DNA from: a virus
Taxonomy: Duplodnaviria > Caudoviricetes
DNA length: 64,000 bases
IMG/VR virus record: IMGVR_UViG_3300025730_000007
Location: 1-64,000 of that record
Direction: 5' to 3' (one strand)
Within the stretch, counting starts at the first letter, position 1, and the number at the start of each line of letters is the position of its first letter. Positions 19,620 to 29,330 of this stretch are shown one piece after another. The translations under genes and the position numbers were made by a program. The notes under the pieces are model-generated. The model worked only from the letters and a program-made list of their open reading frames with translations, was not told the origin of the DNA and did not search any database.

Positions 19620-20015
19620 ATGCGTTACGTCAAGACACCAGAAGCCATCAATCTCACTCGCTTCGACGGGAGCCCGTTCTACAAGGAAGGGACCAAGGAG
19701 CAAGCAACGTTGGAGTTTGAGGCGTTCATTCACGGCAGGCTCCGTGACCCCAAGTTCGGCAACACCATGGATGGTGTCAATGCGGCGGCGAACATCGCCC
19801 AAGCATTGCGGGAGGCGAAGGGCGACGGAACTGACTACATCGTCATCGACGAAGCGGACTGGAACCTTCTCGTCGAAGTGACCAAGAACCCATCGCAGGG
19901 ACTCAGCTACAGCCCCGAGGTCGCGGCTTGCGCTATTCCGTTCTTCGACGCCATCACGCAAGCAACCAAGGACCGCCCGAAGAAGCGTCCTGACGACGAA
20001 CCCGAAGCGGGGTGA
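19620..20015 (+). CDS. Hypothetical protein (possible fibre assembly chaperone)
   Basis: GAGGTG RBS; follows the fibre gene. Confidence 0.55.
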   Translation: MRYVKTPEAINLTRFDGSPFYKEGTKEQATLEFEAFIHGRLRDPKFGNTMDGVNAAANIAQALREAKGDGTDYIVIDEADWNLLVEVTKNPSQGLSYSPEVAACAIPFFDAITQATKDRPKKRPDDEPEAG

Positions 20016-20019
20016 TGTC

Positions 20020-20235
20020 GTGGCTCGCAAGCGGCTTGTCGATCTCGCCAAGCATGCCGGCGCGAGGTGGAAGATACCGGGGACCGGGGTGGTAGTCATA
20101 CAGGACAATCACCCTCAGTGCCCGATGGTCGCGTTGGAGTCGCAGCCGACGTGTCAATGGGTGTTGCCCTATGGCTTCCTCATCGAGATGGGGGCAATCC
20201 CGTTGGACCCGTTGCCGAAGGGAGGTGGTACATGA
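20020..20235 (+). CDS. Hypothetical protein
   Basis: Short ORF filling the gap between neighbours. Confidence 0.45.
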   Translation: MARKRLVDLAKHAGARWKIPGTGVVVIQDNHPQCPMVALESQPTCQWVLPYGFLIEMGAIPLDPLPKGGGT

Positions 20236-20537
20236 GGAAGCTCGTTGTGAGAGAGCCTATCGAGTACGTGATGAGCGAGATGCGGCTTGTGGACGAGCGG
20301 GGCTCAGTCGCCTATGGCGCAGTCGTGAGCCCTCGCTTTGAGGACGACCCTGACTCCCGCTTTGAGGGCGAGCAGGGCAACCTCATCATCGCCATCTCGT
20401 CGAGTGCGAGCACGCGGGTCGCCGCATACGAGGCGGCGATTGCCTACTTCCAAGAGCTACGGAAGCAGGAGCTACTCAAAGAGGAGCTTCTCCGCCCAAT
20501 CACCCGCAAGCGCAAGCGCAAGGGGAGCAGGGGCTAG
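20232..20537 (+). CDS. Hypothetical protein
   Basis: GGAGG RBS, ATGA overlap. Confidence 0.65.
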   Translation: MRKLVVREPIEYVMSEMRLVDERGSVAYGAVVSPRFEDDPDSRFEGEQGNLIIAISSSASTRVAAYEAAIAYFQELRKQELLKEELLRPITRKRKRKGSRG

Positions 20538-20784
20538 CAACGGCATCATGGGGGCTCGCAATGGCCCCACCAGAGGCTCGCAACCCCTACCCCCGGCCCC
20601 TTGCCACCCCTGCCACCCCCGAGCCTCCCACGGGCTCCCTAGCCCTCCCCGCCCATCCGCCCTAGCAGCCTCACCACGGGGTCGCCCCCCGGCAACGGCC
20701 CCAACCACCCCGACCCGGCCCCCGAACCCACCAGACCGCTAGCATGGGCCGGCAATCGCCCGTTCACGGCATAACCCCAATGAG

Positions 20785-20802
20785 CCGCAACACGTATTGC
20801 GG
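20785..20802 (+). repeat. 18-bp quasi-palindrome copy 7
   Basis: Intergenic. Confidence 0.98.
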
Positions 20803-20816
20803 TGCAAGGAGCCACA

Positions 20817-21047
20817 ATGGCACGCAGACCCAACATCGGCATCCACATCTGTGCTCGGTGTGGCACCACGATCCGCGCCACGTCTGCCGACCCGGTCATC
20901 TCGGCCCCCTCGCTTGGCAAGGGGTTCTATCACTCGGTGTGCGCCGACCGGCAATGGCAGGGGAGCACGGACACGAGTCCACCGAACCACGACGCCATCG
21001 ACGAAATTGCCGAGCTTGCGCTTGGCATGCTGGAGGGAGAGGAATGA
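20817..21047 (+). CDS. Small Zn-finger-like protein
   Basis: AAGGAG RBS; CARCG...HSVC. Confidence 0.65.
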   Translation: MARRPNIGIHICARCGTTIRATSADPVISAPSLGKGFYHSVCADRQWQGSTDTSPPNHDAIDEIAELALGMLEGEE

Positions 21048-21262
21048 CGAACAAGCTCATCGAGGATGCGAACAGGGCATTCGCCGACATCCCGCTCGGC
21101 AACGCTGAGGCGGAGCGCGCAACGGCCAAGTCGTGGTGGATACTGGCCCAGATGCACGCCGACAAGGCGGAGTTCTGGAAGGCAGAGTACGAGAAGCTCA
21201 AAGCGGCCCATGACGCCCTCTTGGGGCCGGGGTTGCCTGAGTGGCACAAGGAGGGGGAGTAA
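21044..21262 (+). CDS. Hypothetical protein
   Basis: ATGA-coupled chain of small genes. Confidence 0.6.
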   Translation: MTNKLIEDANRAFADIPLGNAEAERATAKSWWILAQMHADKAEFWKAEYEKLKAAHDALLGPGLPEWHKEGE

Positions 21263-21474
21263 TGCCCCGCGAACCTGCAATCCACTACCGTTCAATCAGG
21301 CTCTACGTGAATGCCGGTATGGCGTTCCCCGAGTGCTACAGCAACGCACCGTTGCTCGACTTGGAGAAGTCCGCTCTACCGACTACTGGAGACATCAATC
21401 AGGTTACGTGCAAGAAGTGCATCGCATTGCACAGAAAGAGGTATCCATGGGCACGACAGAGAACGGCACCCTGA
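21262..21474 (+). CDS. Small Cys-containing protein
   Basis: TAATG coupling; VTCKKC. Confidence 0.6.
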   Translation: MPREPAIHYRSIRLYVNAGMAFPECYSNAPLLDLEKSALPTTGDINQVTCKKCIALHRKRYPWARQRTAP

Positions 21475-21905
21475 CCATCAGTGGTGAGGACACCACGCTC
21501 GGCGCTATCGAACAGTGGAGGGCGCAGAACAACGTCTCTGCCGTCTCCATCCAGTTCCGCGCGGGAACGTGGACCGTCACCATCAAAGACGGCCCCGTGA
21601 ACTACACCGCAATGAGCCCCAAGCTGGTCGGCGCGTGGAATGGTGCGGAGCACTCCTACGCAACGCGGGGCGAGGGCATGATGCGGGCGGAGTTGGAGAA
21701 GGCATTGAAGCACCCCCGCAACGCCAACCGGCTCGGCCAACTCGTCGATACCATGCGAGCGCAAGGGTTGCTCTACATGGACATCGTGACACTCGCGCAG
21801 GAGGTCGACCCGACTCTCACCTTGGCCGAGTGGGAGACACTCATGCAGGAAGCCGAAGCGGTCGACGAGGACGACATCGCGGAGTCAACCTACGAGGTGC
21901 GGTGA
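21447..21905 (+). CDS. Hypothetical protein
   Basis: GAGG RBS then ATG at 21447. Confidence 0.6.
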   Translation: MGTTENGTLTISGEDTTLGAIEQWRAQNNVSAVSIQFRAGTWTVTIKDGPVNYTAMSPKLVGAWNGAEHSYATRGEGMMRAELEKALKHPRNANRLGQLVDTMRAQGLLYMDIVTLAQEVDPTLTLAEWETLMQEAEAVDEDDIAESTYEVR

Positions 21906-22111
21906 TGGCACGCGTGTTGAAGCAATCGAAGACCGAGCGCCGGTTTGAGGTGCAACTCACACTCAAGGACATGGCCGAGTTGCTTGAGGGCGCGTACGGT
22001 CGCGGCACCGTCGAGATTGACACCTATCCCGCCAAGGACGCGACGAACCTACGGTGGACCATGCTCGACGGCATACTGAGCATTGAGTGGGAAGAAGTGG
22101 AGGAGACATGA
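21905..22111 (+). CDS. Hypothetical protein
   Basis: TGATG coupling. Confidence 0.6.
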   Translation: MARVLKQSKTERRFEVQLTLKDMAELLEGAYGRGTVEIDTYPAKDATNLRWTMLDGILSIEWEEVEET

Positions 22112-22323
22112 AGCAGCCAGACACCATACCGCAAGCGGTCAGAGACTCCCTCGTCCGTTGGGCCAAGCAACACCCGAGCAAGGTGCGCGACACCATCACT
22201 GGCGAGGAGAGCGTTCTCCCCATGCCCCCTAGCGTGGAGTGGGACGGGATGAACGGGTGTTACTACTTCATCCGCAATGGCATGTATCACGGCGTCGAAC
22301 TCGACGGATACATTCACACCTGA
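22108..22323 (+). CDS. Hypothetical protein
   Basis: GGAGGAG RBS, ATGA overlap. Confidence 0.6.
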   Translation: MKQPDTIPQAVRDSLVRWAKQHPSKVRDTITGEESVLPMPPSVEWDGMNGCYYFIRNGMYHGVELDGYIHT

Positions 22324-22337
22324 AAGAACTGACTACC

Positions 22338-22670
22338 ATGCCGACTGACACCGAGAACACTGGCAACGAGAAGAAAGAACGTACTCAGCGCCTCATCCTC
22401 TACACCCTCATCCGCCTCTGCACCGACCGCATCGTGGAGGCGGCGAGCCACGTAGCCTCCAACCCCGACAAGCCCGAGATGCTCAATCGCGCGGTCGAGG
22501 CAATCGACTACATCCAAGCGCTCATACCACGGCTCGACAAGGCAATGGGCCTCGACACTCCCTCCAAGCTCTACGACGTGCTCAAGCTCCTTGTGCAAGA
22601 GTTCGACTCCATCGAGGACGAGACACTCACCGACAAGGCAAGGCGTCATTACGGGTGGCCGAAGCCATGA
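22338..22670 (+). CDS. Hypothetical helical protein
   Basis: ATG at 22338, typical codon usage. Confidence 0.6.
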   Translation: MPTDTENTGNEKKERTQRLILYTLIRLCTDRIVEAASHVASNPDKPEMLNRAVEAIDYIQALIPRLDKAMGLDTPSKLYDVLKLLVQEFDSIEDETLTDKARRHYGWPKP

Positions 22671-22864
22671 GCATCCAACTCAGCGAAGAGGAGTACCGCT
22701 ACCACGTAGACCAGCAAGACGGCTTCTGCACCGAGTGCCAGGAGATCACCCGCCTTGGTGACACCGAGCCGGATGCGCGAGAGTACCTCTGCCCCGATTG
22801 CCAGCAACTCACATGCATGGGCATGGAGGAAGCATTGCAGGAGGGCGAGGTCCAACTCATCTGA
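22667..22864 (+). CDS. Small Zn-ribbon protein
   Basis: GFCTECQE...EPDAREYLCPDC. Confidence 0.75.
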   Translation: MSIQLSEEEYRYHVDQQDGFCTECQEITRLGDTEPDAREYLCPDCQQLTCMGMEEALQEGEVQLI

Positions 22865-22939
22865 ACCCGCCCCTATCAGTTGCAATTCGCACAACCCCCT
22901 TGCCCCCACCCCCCTCCGTGAGCCATACTGCTCAGTCCA

Positions 22940-23545
22940 ATGGCACGGACACCACACCACACTGACGACCAATTCCCCCCCACCTCCCCGGACGCGGATG
23001 AGGCAGAGCGCCGCTTCCGCGCACGTCCACCAGACCCCAACCTAGCGCGCAATCCCCACGTCATCAGCAAGCTCAACCGCACACTGGTCGTGGAGCGGAT
23101 GATGCTCGACGGCGTAGCGGACCAAGTGGTCATTGATGTCGTCAGTCGCCAGTTCGATAAGGCCGAAGCCACCATCAAGGATGACATCAAGCACATACGC
23201 AGACGGTGGACTGAGGAGGATGACGAACAGAGGCGCACGTACAAGTCCAGCGCAATGCGCCGCATCCAAGGGCACATCAGCGAAGCACGCAAGGACAGGG
23301 CATGGGGAGCAGTCTCCAGCCTTGAGCGGTTGCTTGCGCAGATACAAGGCACGCTGGAGCCCGTGCAAGTCAATGTGGAGTTCGTTGCCCGACAAGCCCT
23401 CGCGGACTACATCTCAAACCTCAGTGACGAGGAACTAGACGCGCTAGAGCTAGAGCAGAAGGAGCTTGAGCGAAAGGCTGCTATGTTCGAGCGCGGTATG
23501 GACCCTGACAGTGTATTCGACACTGAGGGCCACACCATTCAGTGA
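22940..23545 (+). CDS. Putative terminase small subunit (HTH + helical)
   Basis: HTH-like segment (VVIDVVSRQFDKAEATIKDDIKHIR), C-terminal LSNLSDEELDAL; upstream of TerL. Confidence 0.55.
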   Translation: MARTPHHTDDQFPPTSPDADEAERRFRARPPDPNLARNPHVISKLNRTLVVERMMLDGVADQVVIDVVSRQFDKAEATIKDDIKHIRRRWTEEDDEQRRTYKSSAMRRIQGHISEARKDRAWGAVSSLERLLAQIQGTLEPVQVNVEFVARQALADYISNLSDEELDALELEQKELERKAAMFERGMDPDSVFDTEGHTIQ

Positions 23546-23563
23546 CCGCAACACGTATTGCGG
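23546..23563 (+). repeat. 18-bp quasi-palindrome copy 8
   Basis: Immediately after a TGA stop. Confidence 0.98.
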
Positions 23564-23577
23564 CCGGAGTGACACCT

Positions 23578-24468
23578 ATGCGCCGTCTTGTGAACCAACC
23601 TGCGCTCAACCCTCCTTTCCCGTACTTCGGTAAGAAGGACAAGATTGCCTCACTGGTATGGGAGCGATTCGGAGAGGTCAAGCACTACATCGAGCCGTTC
23701 TTTGGCTCGGGGGCCGTGCTACTTGCCAATCCATCACCTCCCCCGTGGGAGACTATCAACGACCTAGATGGGTTCGTCTCTAACTTCTGGCGTGCAACGA
23801 AGTATGCCGCTGAGGAAGTTGCAGAGCACGCCGATTGGCCCGTAAGCGAGATTGACATGCATGCAAGGCATGAAGCTCTTGTACGCGCTAGAGCGTGGTT
23901 GACTAAGATGCTGATTGCTGACCCAGAGTGGTATGACGCGAAGATGGCGGGGTGGTGGGTGTGGGGTCAGTCTGTTTGGTTGGGAAGTGGATGGTGTGAT
24001 GCTGTGAAGATTGGGAAGTCAACTTCCAGAAAGCGACCGCACTTGTCTGCTCGACAAGGCGTTATTGTTGAATCGAATCTAGCGTTGTTGTTGCATCTAA
24101 AACAACGTCTGAAGCAAACTCGGGTATTGTGTGGTGAATGGTATAGGTTACTGACGGCATCTGCTCTTTATCGTGCATCACCAATAGGAGTGTTTCTCGA
24201 CCCACCTTACGATAACACGCGTTCCCGATTGTACGCCGTAGATGATATGCAACTCTACAAGGACGTGGGTGATTGGTGTTTGGAGTATGGGGATAAACCA
24301 ACTATGCGGATATGTTTCGCTGGATACGAAGGTATGTTTGACCCGCCGAATAATTGGGAAACGGTGTGTTGGAAAGCACGCGGTGGAATGAAGAATGGTG
24401 GTTCATACGTCAATGCGAATAAAACCAGGGAGCGACTTTGGTTTTCTCCTAATTGTCTGAAGCCATGA
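23578..24468 (+). CDS. DNA adenine methyltransferase (Dam/D12 class)
   Basis: PFPYFGKK, YIEPFFGSGAV, ETINDLDG, FLDPPY; visibly AT-richer than flanks. Confidence 0.93.
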   Translation: MRRLVNQPALNPPFPYFGKKDKIASLVWERFGEVKHYIEPFFGSGAVLLANPSPPPWETINDLDGFVSNFWRATKYAAEEVAEHADWPVSEIDMHARHEALVRARAWLTKMLIADPEWYDAKMAGWWVWGQSVWLGSGWCDAVKIGKSTSRKRPHLSARQGVIVESNLALLLHLKQRLKQTRVLCGEWYRLLTASALYRASPIGVFLDPPYDNTRSRLYAVDDMQLYKDVGDWCLEYGDKPTMRICFAGYEGMFDPPNNWETVCWKARGGMKNGGSYVNANKTRERLWFSPNCLKP

Positions 24469-24563
24469 ACGGCATAAGTGGGTTAGGAGGCTAACCTCCC
24501 GGCTCACAATGGTGTGACCGTGGACGGCTCCGTTGGTATGGGAGCGATTCGGAGAGGTCAAGC
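23654..24563. repeat. 30-bp direct repeat TGGTATGGGAGCGATTCGGAGAGGTCAAGC at 23654-23683 and 24534-24563
   Basis: Exact match. CGGAGTGACACC is also repeated at 23565-23576 and 24569-24580. Confidence 0.95.
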
Positions 24564-24580
24564 CTGGGCGGAGTGACACC

Positions 24581-24793
24581 ATGTTCAAGCTGACACGACT
24601 GATGACAACCTACAGGACAACCAAGGATCTCTTCAGCGGCGACCATTCTCTTAGGTTGGCGTGCGTCAATGGCACGGTCGAACTGACCAACATCGACAAG
24701 CCGATGTTCGAGCACAACCTGGAGCGTCGGTTCTACCGCGTTACCGTGGAGGAGATTCCGTTTGAGGAGTTCGACAAGGGTGGAGGTGAATGA
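24581..24793 (+). CDS. Hypothetical protein
   Basis: GGAG RBS then ATG at 24581. Confidence 0.55.
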   Translation: MFKLTRLMTTYRTTKDLFSGDHSLRLACVNGTVELTNIDKPMFEHNLERRFYRVTVEEIPFEEFDKGGGE

Positions 24794-25116
24794 TGGCACT
24801 GAAGGACATCGCTCAACGTTGCTGGCAGATAGCCGAAGCAAAGGGGTTCCACGAGGTCAACAACACCCCTCCCGCTTGGGTGGCAAACCTCCACGGGGAG
24901 GTGAGCGAACTCTGGGAGGCATACCGCAACGGCAAGCTCGACGAGCCCTGCGACAAGGGCATACCGCTCACCAACGCAGAGGAGGAACTCGCAGACATCG
25001 TGATTCGCGCGTTCGACACGGCGGGTCAGTTGGGCTTTGACATCGAGCGCGCCATCCTGGTCAAGCTCGAATACAACGCCTCGCGCCCCTACTTGCACGG
25101 AGGGAAGAAGGCATAA
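24790..25116 (+). CDS. MazG-like nucleotide pyrophosphohydrolase
   Basis: LHGEVSELWEA...EEELADIVIR...KLEYN. Confidence 0.88.
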   Translation: MMALKDIAQRCWQIAEAKGFHEVNNTPPAWVANLHGEVSELWEAYRNGKLDEPCDKGIPLTNAEEELADIVIRAFDTAGQLGFDIERAILVKLEYNASRPYLHGGKKA

Positions 25117-25130
25117 CCATGGAGGCCGGG

Positions 25131-25568
25131 ATGTTCACAGTCACGCGAGAGTATCAGTTCGACGCGGCGCATCGCTTGCCCTTGCACGAGGGCAAGTGCC
25201 GCAACCTACACGGACACCGATACACCGTAGTCGCCACCTTCCACTCCAACGCTCTCGACGACAAGGCAATGGTCATTGACTATGTCTCAATCGACGAGAT
25301 ACTCAAAGCGGTGGTTGGCCCCTGCGACCACGCCACCCTGGTTGATGACACCGACCCCGCCTTGCTTGAGTTCGTCGAGAGCGAGGGCTCGCGCAAGGTG
25401 GTATTCACCGACCCGACTACCGCTGAGACACTCTCCAAGACCTTCTACAAGGCAATCCAAGCGCGACTGAGGGACAAGCGATTGACACCCATCCAAGGGG
25501 TCAACCTCATTCGCGTCGAGGTACGGGAGACGCCGCGCTCCGCCGCATTCTATGAGGGGCAACTCTGA
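25131..25568 (+). CDS. queD: 6-carboxytetrahydropterin synthase
   Basis: FDAAHRL, CRNLHGHRY, DHATL, PTTAETL, RETP. Confidence 0.95.
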   Translation: MFTVTREYQFDAAHRLPLHEGKCRNLHGHRYTVVATFHSNALDDKAMVIDYVSIDEILKAVVGPCDHATLVDDTDPALLEFVESEGSRKVVFTDPTTAETLSKTFYKAIQARLRDKRLTPIQGVNLIRVEVRETPRSAAFYEGQL

Positions 25569-26284
25569 TGGGTGTCTATGCGGTGAAAGAGGTGTTCGGT
25601 TCCTTCCAGGGCGAGGGCTACCATGCCGGTCGCCCATGCGTGTTCGTGCGCTTCGCAGGGTGCGACGTCTGGGACGGCAAGGAGGAGAACCGTGCGGAGG
25701 CGGCGAGGGAGCGGGGTGGTTGCGCCCTCTACTGCGACACAGACTTCGTTGGCACTGACGGCCACAATGGCGGAAGGTACAAGGGGGTCGGCGCTCTGGT
25801 CGGTGTTGCTCAGTACGAGTGGGACCGATGCGCCATGGCAATCCCCGCTCATTGCCACTCCGCCGCAACACGTATTGCGGTGAGCCCCCGGAAGTACGTT
25901 GTCTTCACGGGCGGCGAGCCCACCTTGCAACTCGACGAGGAACTGATTGCCGCGTTCAAGCGTGAGGGGTGGGAGACGGCCATTGAGACGAACGGGAGCA
26001 ACCACCTTCCCCCCGGCTTGGATTGGGTCACACTGAGCCCCAAGCCCCCCAAGCGCGTCGTGCTCACTCAGGCCAGCGAAGTCAAGTGCCTCTACCCCGA
26101 CGTGGTACGAAACCCGCTCGACTACGAGGCACTCGCCGCCAAGCGCTATGTCCAACCCATCGACAAGCGCACTCACTCCGAACTCGACGCCTTGCGATCC
26201 CTTGACACTTGCGTGCAATTCGCACTGAAGCACATCGGGTGGAAGGTATCACTCCAACTCCACAAGCTGATGGGGGTGCCATGA
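25568..26284 (+). CDS. queE: 7-carboxy-7-deazaguanine synthase (radical SAM)
   Basis: [14 protein letters not shown]...Cxx[23 protein letters not shown]. Confidence 0.95.
   Translation: MGVYAVKEVFGSFQGEGYHAGRPCVFVRFAGCDVWDGKEENRAEAARERGGCALYCDTDFVGTDGHNGGRYKGVGALVGVAQYEWDRCAMAIPAHCHSAATRIAVSPRKYVVFTGGEPTLQLDEELIAAFKREGWETAIETNGSNHLPPGLDWVTLSPKPPKRVVLTQASEVKCLYPDVVRNPLDYEALAAKRYVQPIDKRTHSELDALRSLDTCVQFALKHIGWKVSLQLHKLMGVP
25863..25880 (+). repeat. 18-bp quasi-palindrome copy 9
   Basis: In-frame in QueE (ATRIAV). Confidence 0.98.
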
Positions 26285-26856
26285 GCATCGACCACACTAG
26301 GGCACAACGCGCCGTCCGCGAACTCCTCATTGCCTTGGGCCAAGACCCCGAGCGCGAGGGACTGAGGGATACCCCTACGCGGGTCGCCAAGGCATGGGCC
26401 GAGATGCTTAGTGGCGACGAGGGCAAGGCGGAGGACATACTCAAGCGCACGTTCGACGCTGATGGCTTCGACCAGATTGTGGCCCTCAGCGACATCCCCT
26501 TCTACTCCACTTGCGAGCATCACCTGCTCCCCTTCCACGGCAAGGCTCATGTCGCGTATCTGCCTCAGAAGGGTGGGCGAGTGGTGGGACTGAGCAAGAT
26601 GGCGCGATTGGTTCAGATGCACGCGCGTCGGCTTCAATTGCAGGAGCGCATGACTACCGACATCGCCAATGACTTGCAACGCCACCTTGACCCCCTCGGG
26701 GTGGCAGTCGTAGTTCAAGCCGGACACCTATGCATGCAAGCGAGGGGGGTGCAGAAGCCGGGGAGCGTGATGACGACCAGCGTGGTGCTCGGCGTCTTCC
26801 GCGAGGGCTCGGCCAAGGCTGAAGTGCTCAGAATGCTACTTGGAGGCCAGCAATGA
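26281..26856 (+). CDS. folE: GTP cyclohydrolase I
   Basis: [43 protein letters not shown]. Confidence 0.97.
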   Translation: MSIDHTRAQRAVRELLIALGQDPEREGLRDTPTRVAKAWAEMLSGDEGKAEDILKRTFDADGFDQIVALSDIPFYSTCEHHLLPFHGKAHVAYLPQKGGRVVGLSKMARLVQMHARRLQLQERMTTDIANDLQRHLDPLGVAVVVQAGHLCMQARGVQKPGSVMTTSVVLGVFREGSAKAEVLRMLLGGQQ

Positions 26857-27563
26857 TTGACACACCCAAAGAGACACGAGAGTCCACGGATGCCGTGGTG
26901 GTATTGAGCGGGGGCCAGGACAGCACGACATGCCTCTACCACGCTCGCCGCCGACACCCGCACATCCACGCTATCACCTTCGCGTACGGGCAACGCCACC
27001 AGAGCGAGCTATCGGCCTCCAGGCTCATCGCCCGCATGGCCGGGGTGGCAACCCATAGGGTCGTGGACCTGAGCCCGTATGGAGCCCTTGTCGCCTCGGC
27101 ATTGACCGACCCCAAGCTCCCCGTCGCCCCGGAGGGGGGAATGGGCAACCTACCCTCCACCTTCACCCCCGGTCGCAACCTCGTGTTCCTTACCATCGCC
27201 GCGTCGTGGGCCGTGAGCATGGGGGCATGGGAGGTCTACACCGGAGTGTGTCAGACGGACTACAGCGGATATCCCGACTGCCGACTTGAGACGATTGCCG
27301 CGTTGGAGGTGGCAATCAATCTCGGGTTGCCCGAGGGGCATGGCATCTGCTTCGACACGCCACTGATGCACATGACCAAGGCGGAGATGGTGAAGCTCGC
27401 CGCCTCCCTCGACGGTTGCATGGAGGCACTCGCGGAGAGTGTCACTTGCTACCACGGCAAGGTTCCGGGGTGCGGAGCTTGCCCCGCTTGCGTACTGAGG
27501 GCCAAGGGGTTCGCGGAGGCAGGCATTGCGGACCCGGCTCAACCGCAACACGTATTGCGGTAG
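26853..27563 (+). CDS. queC: 7-cyano-7-deazaguanine (preQ0) synthase
   Basis: [26 protein letters not shown]...CGACPAC. Confidence 0.97.
   Translation: MIDTPKETRESTDAVVVLSGGQDSTTCLYHARRRHPHIHAITFAYGQRHQSELSASRLIARMAGVATHRVVDLSPYGALVASALTDPKLPVAPEGGMGNLPSTFTPGRNLVFLTIAASWAVSMGAWEVYTGVCQTDYSGYPDCRLETIAALEVAINLGLPEGHGICFDTPLMHMTKAEMVKLAASLDGCMEALAESVTCYHGKVPGCGACPACVLRAKGFAEAGIADPAQPQHVLR
27543..27560 (+). repeat. 18-bp quasi-palindrome copy 10
   Basis: Last six codons of QueC (PQHVLR). Confidence 0.98.
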
Positions 27564-27574
27564 AGGGCCGGCCC

Positions 27575-28459
27575 ATGCCTCGCATGTTCTTCGTGGTGCC
27601 CGACCAGGAGTGGGCCACTATCCCCCTCGTGGAGTTGAAGCGGCTCGGCTTGTTCGAGCAACCCAACCTCCTCGTCAGTTACTTCTACTTTCCCACGCTC
27701 CAACACCTCAAGCGGCTCAAAGCCGCTCTGCCCCCCTACGCGGACCCCACATGGTTCCTCGACTCCGGGGCATTCAGTGCGTGGACAATGAAGTCGAACA
27801 TACGCCTCAGTGACTACCTTGCATGGGTGAAGGGGGCATTCGACATCCTTGGGCGCGACCGCATCTACGCCTATGCGAACCTCGACGTGGTACGTAACCC
27901 GGCCCTCACCCGGCGCAACCAACGGGTCATCGAGCGTAGCGGCTTCCGTCCCCTACCCGTCATTCACAGCAACGCAAGCGAGGAGACGGTGGAGCAGGTT
28001 GTCGAGGACTATGACACCTTCGCTGTCGGTGGGTTGGTCGGTGGCGGGAGCAATAGCACGCACTATGAGGAGTTCCTTGCGGGGGTGTTCGACAAGGCGA
28101 CTACCCGACACGGCATCCACACCGTCCACGGCTTCGGCGTCACCAGCTACCCCATCATGAGGCGCTTCCCCTTCAGTTCGGTGGACAGTAGCTCGTGGAT
28201 GGCCGGCGCAAGGTGGGGCCGCTTCCGCCTCTTCGACCCTCGCACTTGCACGCATATCGAGGTCGATATGACCAGCAAGCGGGGGAGCTATGTGAAGGCG
28301 ATTGAGTTGCTGAATGCGTGCTACCCCTACAGCATGAAGGAGTTGAAGGAACTGAGGCACGCACGAAGCCGTCAGTGGCGTGCCGCGATTGGCACCTTGT
28401 CGATACTGAGCTACCGCTACATCGTAGAGCGAGTGAGGAGACACCAGAATGAAACGTGA
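27575..28459 (+). CDS. dpdA: TGT-fold DpdA-like 7-deazaguanine DNA transglycosylase
   Basis: FLDSGAFS, ANLDV, PVIH, AVGGL, HGFG, SVDSSSW; located directly after queC. Confidence 0.75.
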   Translation: MPRMFFVVPDQEWATIPLVELKRLGLFEQPNLLVSYFYFPTLQHLKRLKAALPPYADPTWFLDSGAFSAWTMKSNIRLSDYLAWVKGAFDILGRDRIYAYANLDVVRNPALTRRNQRVIERSGFRPLPVIHSNASEETVEQVVEDYDTFAVGGLVGGGSNSTHYEEFLAGVFDKATTRHGIHTVHGFGVTSYPIMRRFPFSSVDSSSWMAGARWGRFRLFDPRTCTHIEVDMTSKRGSYVKAIELLNACYPYSMKELKELRHARSRQWRAAIGTLSILSYRYIVERVRRHQNET

Positions 28460-29330
28460 GATCGTGTTCAGTGCGGACGCCGGGTTGCTGTACGAGGATC
28501 GCTACGGGGGGTGGATTGCCACGCTCAAGGAAGCGGTCGAGGCACCGGAGGGGGCAAGGTACGTGAACCCCCCGTGGAGTTGGGTGCCGTTCCTGCTCTA
28601 CCACGGAGTGGAGGTGCAGACCCCGCAAGTGTTCCACCCGACTGACGTGTTGATGACTGATGCCCATGGACTCTGGGAGAAGGCACGGGCGACAGGGCAG
28701 GAGCGCGAGCTTGTGGAGATGGCGAGCACGTTGCGCCCTGAACTGAGCGATTGCTTGTGGCAGGCGGATTGCGTATGGCGCATCCGTTGGCGCAACCATA
28801 CGCATCGGTCTGGCAATCAAGTCTTCATTACAACGAACAACGGCTCATTCCACCGACCCGAGGTGCTCAGTTACTTGGAGAACCTCCGTCGCTGGGAGGC
28901 CACCTTGCCGGGGTGTGAGCTTTGCGTGGTTGTGCCATGCGCCGCAGACAAGCCATACCCCGCTCCCATCCACAAGGCGGTTCGCAAGGTGATACCGGCG
29001 GAGTGCCGGATGCTCATTGCGACTGGCGTGTTCGGCATTGTGGCCGAGCAGTTCTGGGCCAAGATGCCACACTATGACTCCGGCATCCCCTACCGTTGGC
29101 GAGTAATGACGCGCACGAAGGAGCACTTCAGTCTGGTGGAGTACGGCAAGGTCGTGGTCTACTCGGACTTCTACGCAGACGCCGTGAGGCTCGGACTGAC
29201 GGACATCGGGCAAGCGCACAAGGCGCGGTTCCCCGTGGCCGAGGCCGGGGCTCACACCTTGGGCGAAGCGGGGTATGCGGATCTCTTGAGCGAGCCCTTG
29301 CTCGCAGCGTTGAAGGAGGCATTCCAATGA
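28449..29330 (+). CDS. ArcS-like protein (DUF5591-type domain)
   Basis: CVVVPCAADKPY...H motif followed by GVFGIV...MPHYD; adjacent to DpdA-like gene. Confidence 0.65.
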   Translation: MKREIVFSADAGLLYEDRYGGWIATLKEAVEAPEGARYVNPPWSWVPFLLYHGVEVQTPQVFHPTDVLMTDAHGLWEKARATGQERELVEMASTLRPELSDCLWQADCVWRIRWRNHTHRSGNQVFITTNNGSFHRPEVLSYLENLRRWEATLPGCELCVVVPCAADKPYPAPIHKAVRKVIPAECRMLIATGVFGIVAEQFWAKMPHYDSGIPYRWRVMTRTKEHFSLVEYGKVVVYSDFYADAVRLGLTDIGQAHKARFPVAEAGAHTLGEAGYADLLSEPLLAALKEAFQ

